64,000 nt of DNA, from positions 1,784-65,783 of the forward strand of contig SKSM01000067.1 of assembly GCA_007122985.1 (NCBI GenBank). Direction: 5' to 3'. The stretch is from Nitriliruptoraceae bacterium. GTDB lineage: Bacteria; Actinomycetota; Nitriliruptoria; Nitriliruptorales; Nitriliruptoraceae. The position numbers were made by a program, and so were the translations under genes. Below are positions 9,266 through 18,126 of this stretch, one piece after another; within the stretch, counting starts at the first letter, position 1; each line of letters begins with the position of its first letter. Below the pieces are notes generated by a model. It made no database searches. It was not told where the DNA came from and worked only from the letters and a program-made list of their open reading frames with translations.

Positions 9266-10114
9266 ATGAGCGACCCACTTCCTGCCGGCCCACCCAAGCT
9301 CGGGCTCGAGCTCAGCCCCGACACGCGCATCACCGACGACGGCTGGCTGGAGCGCGAGTTGTACGCCGCCGCCGGGTTGGACGGGCCGCCCGGCATCCTC
9401 CAGGGCGGGCTGGCCGCCGGTGTCACGGCGTCGATCGCGCGTCTGGTCGATCGGTACCGGGCACCGCTGACGTCGCTCGACGCGCGCCTGTATGCGCCGA
9501 CACCGCTCGAGGTGCCGGTGCGCGCGCGGGTACGGGCCACCGACGATGCGGCGCGCTACCTGGTCGAGACCCGGCACGGCGACACCCGCCTGGTCGGTGC
9601 TGAGGTGGAGCTCGCCGGACACGAGCCGGCGCCGCAGGCGTTCGATCTGGCGGAGCTCGCCCGCGTGCCGCTGCCTGAGCCGGTCCCACAGCACGTCTTC
9701 CCCAGCTGCTTCGTGTGCGGTCCGGAGCCGTCCCACCCGTACGGCCAGCGGCTCCATCCGCGCTACCACGGTGATGGAGCGATCGTGCAGCCCTGGGTGG
9801 TCGAGCCCGAGCTCGGCGACGCGCGCAGCGTGGTCGACCCGCTGCTGATCAGTGCGGTGCTGGACTGCCCGACCGTGTGGGCCTCGATCGGCCACGTCCA
9901 GGCACAGGGTCACAAGGGCGCGCTGCTCGCCGGCTACCACCTGCGCAGCTTCCGCGACGCGCCCGTGATGGAGCCGCTGCGGCTCGTCGCGCGCTTGGAC
10001 GAGGGTGACGGCCGCAAGATCCGTGCCCGCGGCGCGCTGGTCGACGAGGACGGCGTGATCTACGCGGTGGTGTCCGCGTTCCACGTCTCCGTGCCGGACG
10101 TGCCGGGCCGTTGA
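9266..10114 (+). CDS. hotdog-fold (PaaI-type thioesterase-like) protein, tandem arrangement
   Basis: ATG 9266 inside ORF 9125-10114. GILQGGLAAGV and CFVCGPEPSHPYGQRL segments are typical of PaaI/hotdog proteins. Confidence 0.55.
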   Translation: MSDPLPAGPPKLGLELSPDTRITDDGWLERELYAAAGLDGPPGILQGGLAAGVTASIARLVDRYRAPLTSLDARLYAPTPLEVPVRARVRATDDAARYLVETRHGDTRLVGAEVELAGHEPAPQAFDLAELARVPLPEPVPQHVFPSCFVCGPEPSHPYGQRLHPRYHGDGAIVQPWVVEPELGDARSVVDPLLISAVLDCPTVWASIGHVQAQGHKGALLAGYHLRSFRDAPVMEPLRLVARLDEGDGRKIRARGALVDEDGVIYAVVSAFHVSVPDVPGR

Positions 10115-10393
10115 GCAGGCCGGCGTTCGGCCGTGGTGGGCACCCAGGGTGGCAGCGCGACCGCACGTGTGGGGCGGACGACGAGCGCCGGCCGGGACTC
10201 CGGTCGGGCCGACGTCGCCAGCGGGCGGTGATGAGGCAGGGCCAGAGCGGGGCACGCCTGCCCGATCGGCGAACGGGGCAGGTGCCATCGGCACGATCGC
10301 ACGACGACGGCTGGAGTTGGCATGGAGGTCCTAGCCACGCTGCCGTGTGCCTCGACACGGGCGCACCGTGCAGCGGCCCGTTCCGGGCGTTGG

Positions 10394-10711
10394 TCACTGC
10401 AGGTCCAGGACCGTCTCCAGGGCGAGGTCGACGCCCCACTGTTCCTCAACGGTGAGGTGGCCCTGGTGGTCACCGAGCCTGCTCACGTCGATCGCGCCAG
10501 TCTGCTCCACCAGCACTCGTGTCGTCGATCCGTTGATCTCGATCTCGGGACGAAACGAGGCGCCACGCGCTGCAGTGGAGGTCGGCGCGACGAGCACGGT
10601 CGACAGCCGCATCAACGCGTCGGACTGCACGATGACGCCGTAGCGAACGCCGGACTGCTCGTGTCCTTGCCGACGCCCGAGCCGTAGCCGGAACACCTCA
10701 CCCCGGCGCAC
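10394..10711 (-). CDS. type II toxin, MazF/PemK family endoribonuclease
   Basis: MRRGEVFRLRLG...GVRYGVIVQSD...VLVAPTS pattern typical of PemK/MazF. Overlaps the upstream antitoxin gene by 14 nt. Confidence 0.8.
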   Translation of the reverse strand: MRRGEVFRLRLGRRQGHEQSGVRYGVIVQSDALMRLSTVLVAPTSTAARGASFRPEIEINGSTTRVLVEQTGAIDVSRLGDHQGHLTVEEQWGVDLALETVLDLQ

Positions 10712-10937
10712 GCAGGTCCTCCATCATCGCAGCCACCTCGGCGGCCTCGGCCCGATCGGCTTCGTCGGCGGCGAGTTCGGCCACCTCGTCGATCAGGCGC
10801 TGGCGGTCGCGTAGCCGCAGCGCGGCGGCGACCAGACCACGCCGGACCGCTTCCGAGCGGGACAGGCCGGTGGCCTCGAGTTCAGCCAGTGCGCGCTGCG
10901 CATCGTCGTCGAGCCGTACGGAGATGAGTTCGCTCAT
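10698..10937 (-). CDS. ribbon-helix-helix (CopG-type) antitoxin
   Basis: ISVRLDDDAQRALAELEATGLSRSEAVRRGL RHH motif, acidic C-terminal tail, immediately upstream of the MazF-like gene. Confidence 0.75.
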   Translation of the reverse strand: MSELISVRLDDDAQRALAELEATGLSRSEAVRRGLVAAALRLRDRQRLIDEVAELAADEADRAEAAEVAAMMEDLRAPG

Positions 10938-11042
10938 GAACGAACTGTATCACAAAACGTCTGACAGGAGCCCAGTCCGACGTTCCGTCGTCGTCGATCG
11001 GGGAGAAGATCCGGGCGATATCCCTCGGTCCAGGCGAGGTGT

Positions 11043-11318
11043 CTACGAGTGCTCTGGAACCGCTGGTCTGCTCCTGGCATGCAGAATGCGAGGCGAGATA
11101 TCGGCCCCGTTCGGCCACACGATCGTGCCCGCTTCAGGATCCACTCGTACCTGTTTGAACAGGTCGTAATCGGCTGTCAGCGGCTCGAACACCGGACCGT
11201 TCAACAGCGGCTCCAGGTCCAGCACCCGGACATCACCGCTCTCGAAGGTGAGCTCGACGACGTAACGCGATAGCACGCGCACCGCGACGACGTCGTTGAT
11301 CGGTTCCATGGCACTCAC
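11043..11318 (-). CDS. DUF2442 family protein
   Basis: 91 aa. VVAVRVLSRYVVELTFESGDVRVLDL...VRVDPEAGTIVWPNGADISP matches my recollection of DUF2442. Lies 3 nt downstream of the DUF4160 gene. Confidence 0.65.
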   Translation of the reverse strand: MSAMEPINDVVAVRVLSRYVVELTFESGDVRVLDLEPLLNGPVFEPLTADYDLFKQVRVDPEAGTIVWPNGADISPRILHARSRPAVPEHS

Positions 11319-11321
11319 CTC

Positions 11322-11573
11322 CTACGACAGGCTATCCGGACGCTCTCGCCGCTGTGTGGCGAGCCAGGCGGTGAACGCCTCCTCGCGGTGCTCGGCCAGG
11401 AACCGGCGCACGGCCCGATGCACGTTCGCCGGCAGGGAGCCGGCCAGGATCTCCCCGTCCTGCAGACGCACCGTCGCCCGATGCTCGCCGCGAACGGCGA
11501 CGTGCGGCAGATGGTGCTCCTCGTGGTAGTAGAACCACAGGCCATGCCCGGCCACCGTCGCCCATCGGGGCAT
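11322..11573 (-). CDS. DUF4160 family protein
   Basis: 83 aa. FYYHEEHHLPHVAV signature (His-rich N-terminal strand) as recalled for DUF4160. Paired with DUF2442. Confidence 0.65.
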   Translation of the reverse strand: MPRWATVAGHGLWFYYHEEHHLPHVAVRGEHRATVRLQDGEILAGSLPANVHRAVRRFLAEHREEAFTAWLATQRRERPDSLS

Positions 11574-11851
11574 GCATCCGCCTCCTCTCGACCGCAGGGA
11601 CGAACGTAAGCCACGGGCGCGACATCACTGCGGCCGGTCGCGAGCACCCAGGGGATAGCCGCCGTGTTGTTACGGTCGAAGGGCGGTGTCTCCCCGACGC
11701 GAGCACATGGAGCGACAGCTGGCCGAGCCGTCGCGTCCACCGGTCGAACTCGCAGCAACGAGGTCCTGCCCGCTCCGACCCGGTCCAGTAGCCACGGCAG
11801 CAGCGGCAGGCACATCCGTTCGAGCCCATCGGGCAACGCGCACTGCCGAAC

Positions 11852-12769
11852 TCAGGTCGAACTGAAGCGCTGGACCATCACCCGGCGACCGTGCTGGCCG
11901 CGGTCGTCGGACCACTGGTCGACGACCTCGAGCCGGCCGTCCTCGCGTCGCTGGATCCGGGCTCGGCCACGTCCGAGCGCTTCGTCGGTGGTGCCGCCGC
12001 GGTGCTCCTCGGTATGCACGAAGCGGTAGCGCAGCAGGTCACCGGTGAGGATGCCGGCCAGCTCACCGTCGAAGACCCGGTCGGCGTCGTAGCGGCAGAT
12101 GACGCGTCGTCCCTCCTGCAGGAACGTCGCTAGCATGCCCTGCGCGGGCGGCCCCTCAGCGACCTCGTCGATCTCGAACCGCAGCCCGTGCAGGTCGTAG
12201 CCTTGGTTGCCTTCGCGGTGACGGCCGGCCGCCCAGTCACTGCGGGTCAGGGCGTAGCCCCACTCGGCAGCGAAGCGTCCGTCGGCCTGCTCGACCGCAT
12301 CGCGGTAGCGCGCCTCCATCCGGAAGCCGGCGGCGTTGAAGACCCGCTGCATGGGCACGTTGTGCTCGTGGGCCCGGCCCGTGAGCCGCATGAGGTGCTC
12401 ATTCGCCGAGAAGTGGTGGTCGGCGAGCTGCCGAAGGACCTCCCGGCCGACGCCGCGGCCGCGGACCTTCGGGCTGATGCGGATGGTCATCTCCGCGTCG
12501 TGATCGGCCAGTCCGGTCACCAGGGCGAACCCGCACGGTTCGCCGTCGACCATCACCGCCCATGCCCAGCGGTCGTCAGAGGCCCAGGTGCCTTCGTCGA
12601 GCTCCGCGGCGAGCTTGCCCTCCTCCCAGCCGTGTTGACCTGCCAGGGGGGTCGCAGCCGCGCGGTCGACGGCGACGACCCAGTCGGCGTCGTCGGCCAC
12701 GAGCATCCGCAGGTGGACCTCTGGACGGTCGGAGGGCGGCGTGTCGAGGTGGTCGGGCTGGTCGGCCAC
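11852..12769 (-). CDS. GNAT N-acetyltransferase fused to a C-terminal domain of unknown function
   Basis: Acetyl-CoA binding stretch ISPKVRGRGVGREVLRQL and NVPMQRVFNAAGFRMEA. The ~120-aa C-terminal extension has no assignment. Confidence 0.75.
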   Translation of the reverse strand: MADQPDHLDTPPSDRPEVHLRMLVADDADWVVAVDRAAATPLAGQHGWEEGKLAAELDEGTWASDDRWAWAVMVDGEPCGFALVTGLADHDAEMTIRISPKVRGRGVGREVLRQLADHHFSANEHLMRLTGRAHEHNVPMQRVFNAAGFRMEARYRDAVEQADGRFAAEWGYALTRSDWAAGRHREGNQGYDLHGLRFEIDEVAEGPPAQGMLATFLQEGRRVICRYDADRVFDGELAGILTGDLLRYRFVHTEEHRGGTTDEALGRGRARIQRREDGRLEVVDQWSDDRGQHGRRVMVQRFSST

Positions 12770-13028
12770 TGGTGTCTCCGTCGTCAGCGGTCACCCGGAG
12801 CACCTGCTGGTGTCCGTCGCGCCTCGGCAGCGGCGTGCATCGCGTCGCCCTGCGGTCGTTCGGCCAAGCGGTGGGGCCGTCGGGCGTGACTGAGCGGGCG
12901 CGGGCGGGCCGGGTGTGGGCGCGCCGGCTGCGGGTCGGCCGGGCGAGCATGGGCAACGCGTCGTGTGGTCGCCCCATGGTGCCAGACCGGGCGCGTCCGT
13001 GACGCCATCGTGACGGTCTGCGCGCAGC

Positions 13029-14477
13029 TCACCGCCGGCGCGCGACCGGCGGATGCCGGTCGGCGTCGCCGCCGCGCCGCAGCCGACCGAGACCGGCGAG
13101 CAGTGCAGCCAGGGCGACCGCGCCCAGGGTCACCGCCAGCAGACCGCCGAGATCGTCGAGCAGCTGCGGGGCGGCGACCATGACCACGCCCAAGGCCACC
13201 ATCAGCGAGCCACCAACGAGCTTGAGAGCGCGACCGTGGCGCTCCTCGAACTGCGTCATGCGCAGGGTGACGACCACGACGCCGAAGAGGACCAGTTCGA
13301 GTCCGACGTAGATCAGCAGGTAGAGCAGCAGCAGCGCCGTGAACGGCGCACCGCCCTCGATCCCCATGCTGCGAAGGGTGCCGGTCCAGATCACGGGGAA
13401 TCCGGCGGTGCACGGCAGCTCGATCAGCGCCACCCCGGTGGCGAGCACCACGGTGGTGGCCAGCACCGACAGCAGCGAGCGGCGCTGGTCGCGGATGGCG
13501 CGTCCCCCGCGGTAGATGCGCGGCTTGTAGCGGTCGGGGATGGTGAACGACAGCCCACGCTTGTAGGCGAAGAAGTCCTTGATGTTGACCAGTCCGACCA
13601 CCAGCGCGACGACGGCGACGGCGGCCCGGATCGCGCCGAGCTGCTCGATGAATCCGAGCACGGTGAACAGCCCCACGATGAACGCGCCGTAGATCAGGCC
13701 GGTGACCGTGAGGAAGGTGACCCCGACCGCAGCGACCCGGCCGCGCGAGGCTCCTGCGTTGAGCACCATGGCCAGCAGCACTGTGAGCACCCACAGCGAA
13801 CACGGGTTGAACCCGTCGACGAACGCGATCAGGGCCGTCACCCCGACGCTGGAACGCTCGGCGAGCTCCACCTCGCCGAGGACGGGCAGGTGGATGGTTC
13901 CGACCTCGTCAGTGGTGCCGGTCGGGTCCGGCGGTGACGGGGTCGGCTCCGGCTCAGCGGCGTCATCGGCCGCATCGACGGCCTGCTCGACCGCGAGAGT
14001 GATCTCGGCGGCGATCGACTCGTCGAAGCCGACCCACACCTGATCGTCGAGCACGGTGGACGGCACGCCGCGCGCCTCGTGGCCACGCTCGTGCAGCTCG
14101 CGCTGCCACATCGACCGAGCCATCGGATCCTGGGAGACCTCGAACCGACGGACCTCGAGGGCCGGACCGACCTGGTCCTCGAGCTCGTCGAGGAAGACCT
14201 CCATGTGCGCGCAGTACGGACATCCGTCCGCACCGAAGTACAGCAGTTCGACCGTGTCAGGCTCGGTGGCGACCGGCACGACCGGGGTCGACACGCCGGA
14301 TGCGGTGTCCGCACCGGCCGCCAGTGACACCGGCGGCGGACCGGTGGCCGCGGCCAGCAGCCACGGACCGCTGAGCACGGCCACCACCGCCGCGGCCAGC
14401 AACCAGCGCCGTGGACCGGTCCGGTCCGGCGCCGATCCGCCTCGCACCCTTCGCACAGGCCACACCTCCACGCTCAC
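13029..14477 (-). CDS. membrane thiol-disulfide oxidoreductase: thioredoxin-fold (CPYC) domain fused to a DsbD/CcdA-like polytopic domain
   Basis: N-terminal anchor; LYFGADGCPYCAHME redox motif; then ~6 TM helices with GFNPCSLWVL and IELPCTAGFP Cys contexts. Confidence 0.6.
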   Translation of the reverse strand: MSVEVWPVRRVRGGSAPDRTGPRRWLLAAAVVAVLSGPWLLAAATGPPPVSLAAGADTASGVSTPVVPVATEPDTVELLYFGADGCPYCAHMEVFLDELEDQVGPALEVRRFEVSQDPMARSMWQRELHERGHEARGVPSTVLDDQVWVGFDESIAAEITLAVEQAVDAADDAAEPEPTPSPPDPTGTTDEVGTIHLPVLGEVELAERSSVGVTALIAFVDGFNPCSLWVLTVLLAMVLNAGASRGRVAAVGVTFLTVTGLIYGAFIVGLFTVLGFIEQLGAIRAAVAVVALVVGLVNIKDFFAYKRGLSFTIPDRYKPRIYRGGRAIRDQRRSLLSVLATTVVLATGVALIELPCTAGFPVIWTGTLRSMGIEGGAPFTALLLLYLLIYVGLELVLFGVVVVTLRMTQFEERHGRALKLVGGSLMVALGVVMVAAPQLLDDLGGLLAVTLGAVALAALLAGLGRLRRGGDADRHPPVARRR

Positions 14478-14634
14478 TGTGCGGATTGCGCGGGCGTGAC
14501 GACGCGGCCGGCCGGCCTGACCCGGGAGGGTCGAGAGTCACTGCCCATCAGCAGTTGCGCAACGGCCACCAACCGGGTGACGCGTTGCCCGGTGCTCTAC
14601 GGTGTGCGTTGCGACGGCGGCAGTAGGAGGGCAC

Positions 14635-16005
14635 GTGGAGCTCGTGGGACGCACGGCGATCGACCTGGCGGCTGCGGTCCGTGCCGGCCACGCGTCGGCC
14701 ACCGAGGTGGTCCGCCAGCACTTCGACCACCTCGCTGCGGTCGAGCACCGGCTCGGTGCGTTCGTGGCGACCCGGCGGCGTGAGGCGCTCGACGATGCAC
14801 AGGCGCTGGACGCCGCCGACGATCGTAGCGACCTGCCGTTGGCCGGCGTCCCGATCGGGGTCAAGGACACCCTGGACGTGGTGGGGCTGCCGACCCGCTT
14901 CGGCTCGCGCGCGACGTCGGCGGAGCCGGCTGTCGACGACGACCCGGCGGTCGCACGCCTGCGTGCCGCCGGGGCGATCGTGCTCGGCAAGACCCGCTGC
15001 TCGGAGCTGTCGCTATGGGGTACCTGCGACGATCCGGACGGTACGACGGTCAGCCCGTGGGATCCGACGCGCAGCGCCGGAGGCTCGTCGGGTGGTTCAG
15101 CCGCGGCGGTTGGCGCCGGGGTGGTGCCGCTGGCGGTCGCGCCCGACGGGCTCGGGTCCGCGCGCAACCCTGCCGCGGCGTGCGGCGTGGTCGGGATGCG
15201 CCCGGCGGAGGGGCTGCTGCCCGTCGAGGTGGCGGGTCGGCCACACTGGTTCGGCATGACCAGGTGCGGCGGGATCGGGACCACCGTCGCCGATACCGCA
15301 CTGCTGCTGGACGTGATGGCCGGTCAGGACCGGCTGCGGGCGTTGAAGACGATCGACCAGCCGCTGAAGGCGGCCGTGTCGTGGCGACCTCCGGCGCCCG
15401 GTGTGGTCGTCGCCGGGGCGTGGCGTGAGGCCGCACTCGAGGCCGGCCGGCTGTTGCACCATGCGGGACACACCGTTGTGCATGAGGATCCACCCTATGA
15501 CCGCGCCGCGACCCAGGCCGTGATCGCCCGCTGGACCCAGGGTGCGGGCAGCGACGTCGAAGCCCTGGGACTCGACACCGACCTGCTCCAGCCGCGGACC
15601 CGCGCACACATCGCAGCGGGGGAGCGCTTGGCGCGGCTCGCTGAGGTCGACGAGTCCGACGCCGACGCCTGGCGTGAGCGGCTCGGGCCGTTCTTCGCCG
15701 AGCACGACCTGCTGATCACCCCGGCGCTGGCACGGACGCAGCCGGCGGCAGCCGCCTGGCACGAGCGGCCGTGGGCGGCGAACATCGCGACCAACCTCTC
15801 GGCCTACCCGTTCGGCTACCCGTGGAACCTCGCCGACCTGCCGGCGATCGTGGTGCCGCTGTGGCAGGACGGCGGGCGGCCGCTGAGTGTCCAGATCGTG
15901 ACCGGACCCGGCCGCGAGGACCTGGCGCTGTCGGTCGCGGCGCGGTTGGAGGCGATGGTGCCGTGGGCTCGGCATGCGCCCGGCTGGGGCGTCTCGATCG
16001 CCTGA
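14635..16005 (+). CDS. amidase (amidase-signature family)
   Basis: GGSSGGSAAAVGAG signature and GVPIGVKD. GTG 14635 lies 4 nt after AGGAGG (14625-14630); the longer ORF start at 14602 lacks an SD. Confidence 0.85.
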   Translation: MELVGRTAIDLAAAVRAGHASATEVVRQHFDHLAAVEHRLGAFVATRRREALDDAQALDAADDRSDLPLAGVPIGVKDTLDVVGLPTRFGSRATSAEPAVDDDPAVARLRAAGAIVLGKTRCSELSLWGTCDDPDGTTVSPWDPTRSAGGSSGGSAAAVGAGVVPLAVAPDGLGSARNPAAACGVVGMRPAEGLLPVEVAGRPHWFGMTRCGGIGTTVADTALLLDVMAGQDRLRALKTIDQPLKAAVSWRPPAPGVVVAGAWREAALEAGRLLHHAGHTVVHEDPPYDRAATQAVIARWTQGAGSDVEALGLDTDLLQPRTRAHIAAGERLARLAEVDESDADAWRERLGPFFAEHDLLITPALARTQPAAAAWHERPWAANIATNLSAYPFGYPWNLADLPAIVVPLWQDGGRPLSVQIVTGPGREDLALSVAARLEAMVPWARHAPGWGVSIA

Positions 16006-16016
16006 GCCCCGGGGAC

Positions 16017-17624
16017 TCAGCGGGCAGACCCACTGCTGGGGTCATCGCTCGGCGACGGATCGTCATCGGACGCTGCCTGGCGTTTCGATGCCGGATCCGT
16101 GTCGTCGTCACCGGCTATGACGTCGGCCTCGAGGTCTGCGCCAGCGTCGGCGGACGCCGGTGTGTTCGCGTCCGTCCGGCGGCGCAGGTCCTGCAGTTCG
16201 CTGGTCTGCAGGTCGCCGAGGTCGTCGATCTCGCCGGTGTCGAAGCCGTCGGGGTCGAGTTCCTCGCGCTCGACGACCTCGACCGAGCCGTCGGGTTGAA
16301 TGCGTTCGCGGGTGCGGGGGCGGCGACGGCGGCGACGTCCCGCCGAGCGAAGGCGTGTGTCCTCGGGGAACTGGACGGTGACCGTCTCCGGGTCGACGCC
16401 CGGACCACCGATCGGCGAGGGGCCCGCGACGCCGCCACGCTTGGCGATCTCGCTGCGCAGGCGCAGTTCGTTGCCGACGGCGGCGGCCACGGCCGTCACC
16501 GGCACGGCCAGGAACGCGCCCACCAGCCCGATCAGCACGGCGCCGGCGGTCAGCACGCCGAGGATCACCACCGGGTGCAGCGCGACGGCACGCCGCATGA
16601 TGGTCGGTTGCAGCACGTTGGACTCGAACTGCTGCACGGCGAGCACGATCGCGGTGACGATCAGGGCGGCCACCAGCCCCTCGCTCGCCAACGCGACGAG
16701 CACCGCAAGGATGCCGGTGACGGTCGCGCCGATCACCGGAATGAATCCGCCGAAGAACACCAGCACCGCCAGCGGCAGCACCAGCGGGACCCCGACGATG
16801 GCCAGGCCGACGCCAATGCCGATCGCGTCGACCAGGGCGACGAACGCTGTGCCGCGCACGAAGCCCGACAACGCCACCCAGGCACGTGCACCGACGGCGC
16901 GCATGGTATTGCGGTGCTGCTCGGGTGCGCGGTCGATGAACCAGCCGACGAGCTGATTGCCGTCCTTGACGAAGAAGAACAGCAGCACTAGGGCCAGTAC
17001 CAGGGCGGTCAGGCCCTGGCCGACGGCGAGCGCGATCGTGCCGACCTGTGCGGCGATGGCGGCCGCCGAGTCCTCCAGCGCGTCCATGCCCTGCTGGGCG
17101 AAGTCCTCGAGCTGCTCCCGGTCGTAGCCGATGGGGCCTTCCTCGATCCACACCAGCGTGGTCTCGACCCCTTCGACGACCGTCGGGACCAGCTGTTGGA
17201 TCTGGTTGATGAACGCAGGCGCCATCAGCGCGAGGATCCCGATCAGCGAGCCGATGCCGCCGAGCACCACGATGACGGCTGCGAGCAGTCGGGGCACGCC
17301 ACGTCGTTCGAGCTTGCGCGCCGGTGGGACGCACAGCGTCGCGAGGATCAGGGCGATGATGACCGGCAGGGTCACCAGGTAGAGCCGGGTGAGGACCCAC
17401 AGCACCGCGGCCAGGCCGACGATCAGCAGCAGGCCGCGCCAGGTGTACTGCGTGGCGGTGTCCAGCCACTCCGGGACACGTTCGTTGCGTCCGCGCCGCA
17501 CGACGCTGCCGCGACGCCGGCGATCCTCGACGACCTCGTCGCCGTCGGTGGCGTCGGGTGGTCCGGCCGACCCTGGTCCGTCGTGCTCGGAGCGGTCGTG
17601 CTCGGAGCGGTCGTGCTCTGTCAT
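16017..17624 (-). CDS. AI-2E (PerM/UPF0118) family transporter with acidic C-terminal tail
   Basis: ATG 17624 (MTEHDRSEHDRSEHD...). Multiple TM helices; FIPVIGA and AVQQFESNVLQP motifs typical of the family. The upstream 99 codons of ORF 16017-17921 are rejected. Confidence 0.8.
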   Translation of the reverse strand: MTEHDRSEHDRSEHDGPGSAGPPDATDGDEVVEDRRRRGSVVRRGRNERVPEWLDTATQYTWRGLLLIVGLAAVLWVLTRLYLVTLPVIIALILATLCVPPARKLERRGVPRLLAAVIVVLGGIGSLIGILALMAPAFINQIQQLVPTVVEGVETTLVWIEEGPIGYDREQLEDFAQQGMDALEDSAAAIAAQVGTIALAVGQGLTALVLALVLLFFFVKDGNQLVGWFIDRAPEQHRNTMRAVGARAWVALSGFVRGTAFVALVDAIGIGVGLAIVGVPLVLPLAVLVFFGGFIPVIGATVTGILAVLVALASEGLVAALIVTAIVLAVQQFESNVLQPTIMRRAVALHPVVILGVLTAGAVLIGLVGAFLAVPVTAVAAAVGNELRLRSEIAKRGGVAGPSPIGGPGVDPETVTVQFPEDTRLRSAGRRRRRRPRTRERIQPDGSVEVVEREELDPDGFDTGEIDDLGDLQTSELQDLRRRTDANTPASADAGADLEADVIAGDDDTDPASKRQAASDDDPSPSDDPSSGSAR

Positions 17625-17918
17625 GCGGGCTCCGCGGTCGCGCGTGCGATCATGCCCGCGGGCGGGCTCGAGAGGACCACGATAGGCGACTGTCGCCGGG
17701 TGTGACCGCAGGCAACGCTCACGCTGGCGGACCGTGCGCGATCGACCGGCCACGCTGCGGACGTGCCTGTGCGGGCAGCGGCACGCCCCCCGACATTGTG
17801 CGCGCTCTGCGTCCGCACGGTGCCCCGATCGCGGCGGTGAAGCTGTGGACAGAACCTGTGGACAACGTCGCTCCCGCTGGGGATGAGTCGGGGGACACGG
17901 CGGGGGACCGGCAGTGAA

Positions 17919-17934
17919 CAACTACATGTAGTGG
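17919..17934. promoter_or_regulatory. NrdR-box-like palindrome CAACTACATGTAGTGG
   Basis: Perfect 12-bp palindrome ACTACATGTAGT. Resembles the NrdR box consensus acaCwAtATaTwGtgt. Lies ~190 nt upstream of nrdJ. Confidence 0.55.
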
Positions 17935-17951
17935 TTATACCCTGGCAAGAC

Positions 17952-17967
17952 CCACCACCTGTGGTGC
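17952..17967. promoter_or_regulatory. second NrdR-box-like palindrome (CACCAC-CT-GTGGTG)
   Basis: Perfect 6-bp arms. Centre lies ~33 bp from the first box, and NrdR boxes usually occur in tandem about 3 helical turns apart. Confidence 0.45.
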
Positions 17968-18126
17968 CGGCTCGCCGTCGACCCGGCAACGGATGCTTGC
18001 CAAGCTGCCCTGTGGCCGGTTCAGTGCCCGGACCTCATCACACGCGTGTAGTTCCCACGCCGTCGTTACCACGACACCCGCCGTGTGCATCCCGGTCGGG
18101 GCAGGAGACGAAGGAGACCGACACCG

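Noticed and set aside
17570-17620. Short tandem repeats: 15-nt GGAGCGGTCGTGCTC units here, 12-nt GTCGATCTGCAC units at about 46769-46806, and PEE-coding repeats at about 29380-29440
   Set aside because: All are in-frame within CDSs and encode low-complexity peptide repeats (EHDRS, VDLH, PEEVEE). They have no spacer structure and are not CRISPR-like or regulatory.
15771-17921. Several long ORFs (15771-16991 plus, 16108-17469 minus, and the 5' 99 codons of 16017-17921)
   Set aside because: Alternative frames of the amidase and AI-2E transporter loci with Arg/Pro/Gly-rich translations. The transporter frame starting at ATG 17624 explains the region.
17968-18126. Possible cobalamin riboswitch in the nrdJ leader
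   Set aside because: I could not find a B12-box-like element or the expected conserved core. B12 riboswitches are associated with B12-independent RNR genes rather than nrdJ. An Rfam scan would settle it.
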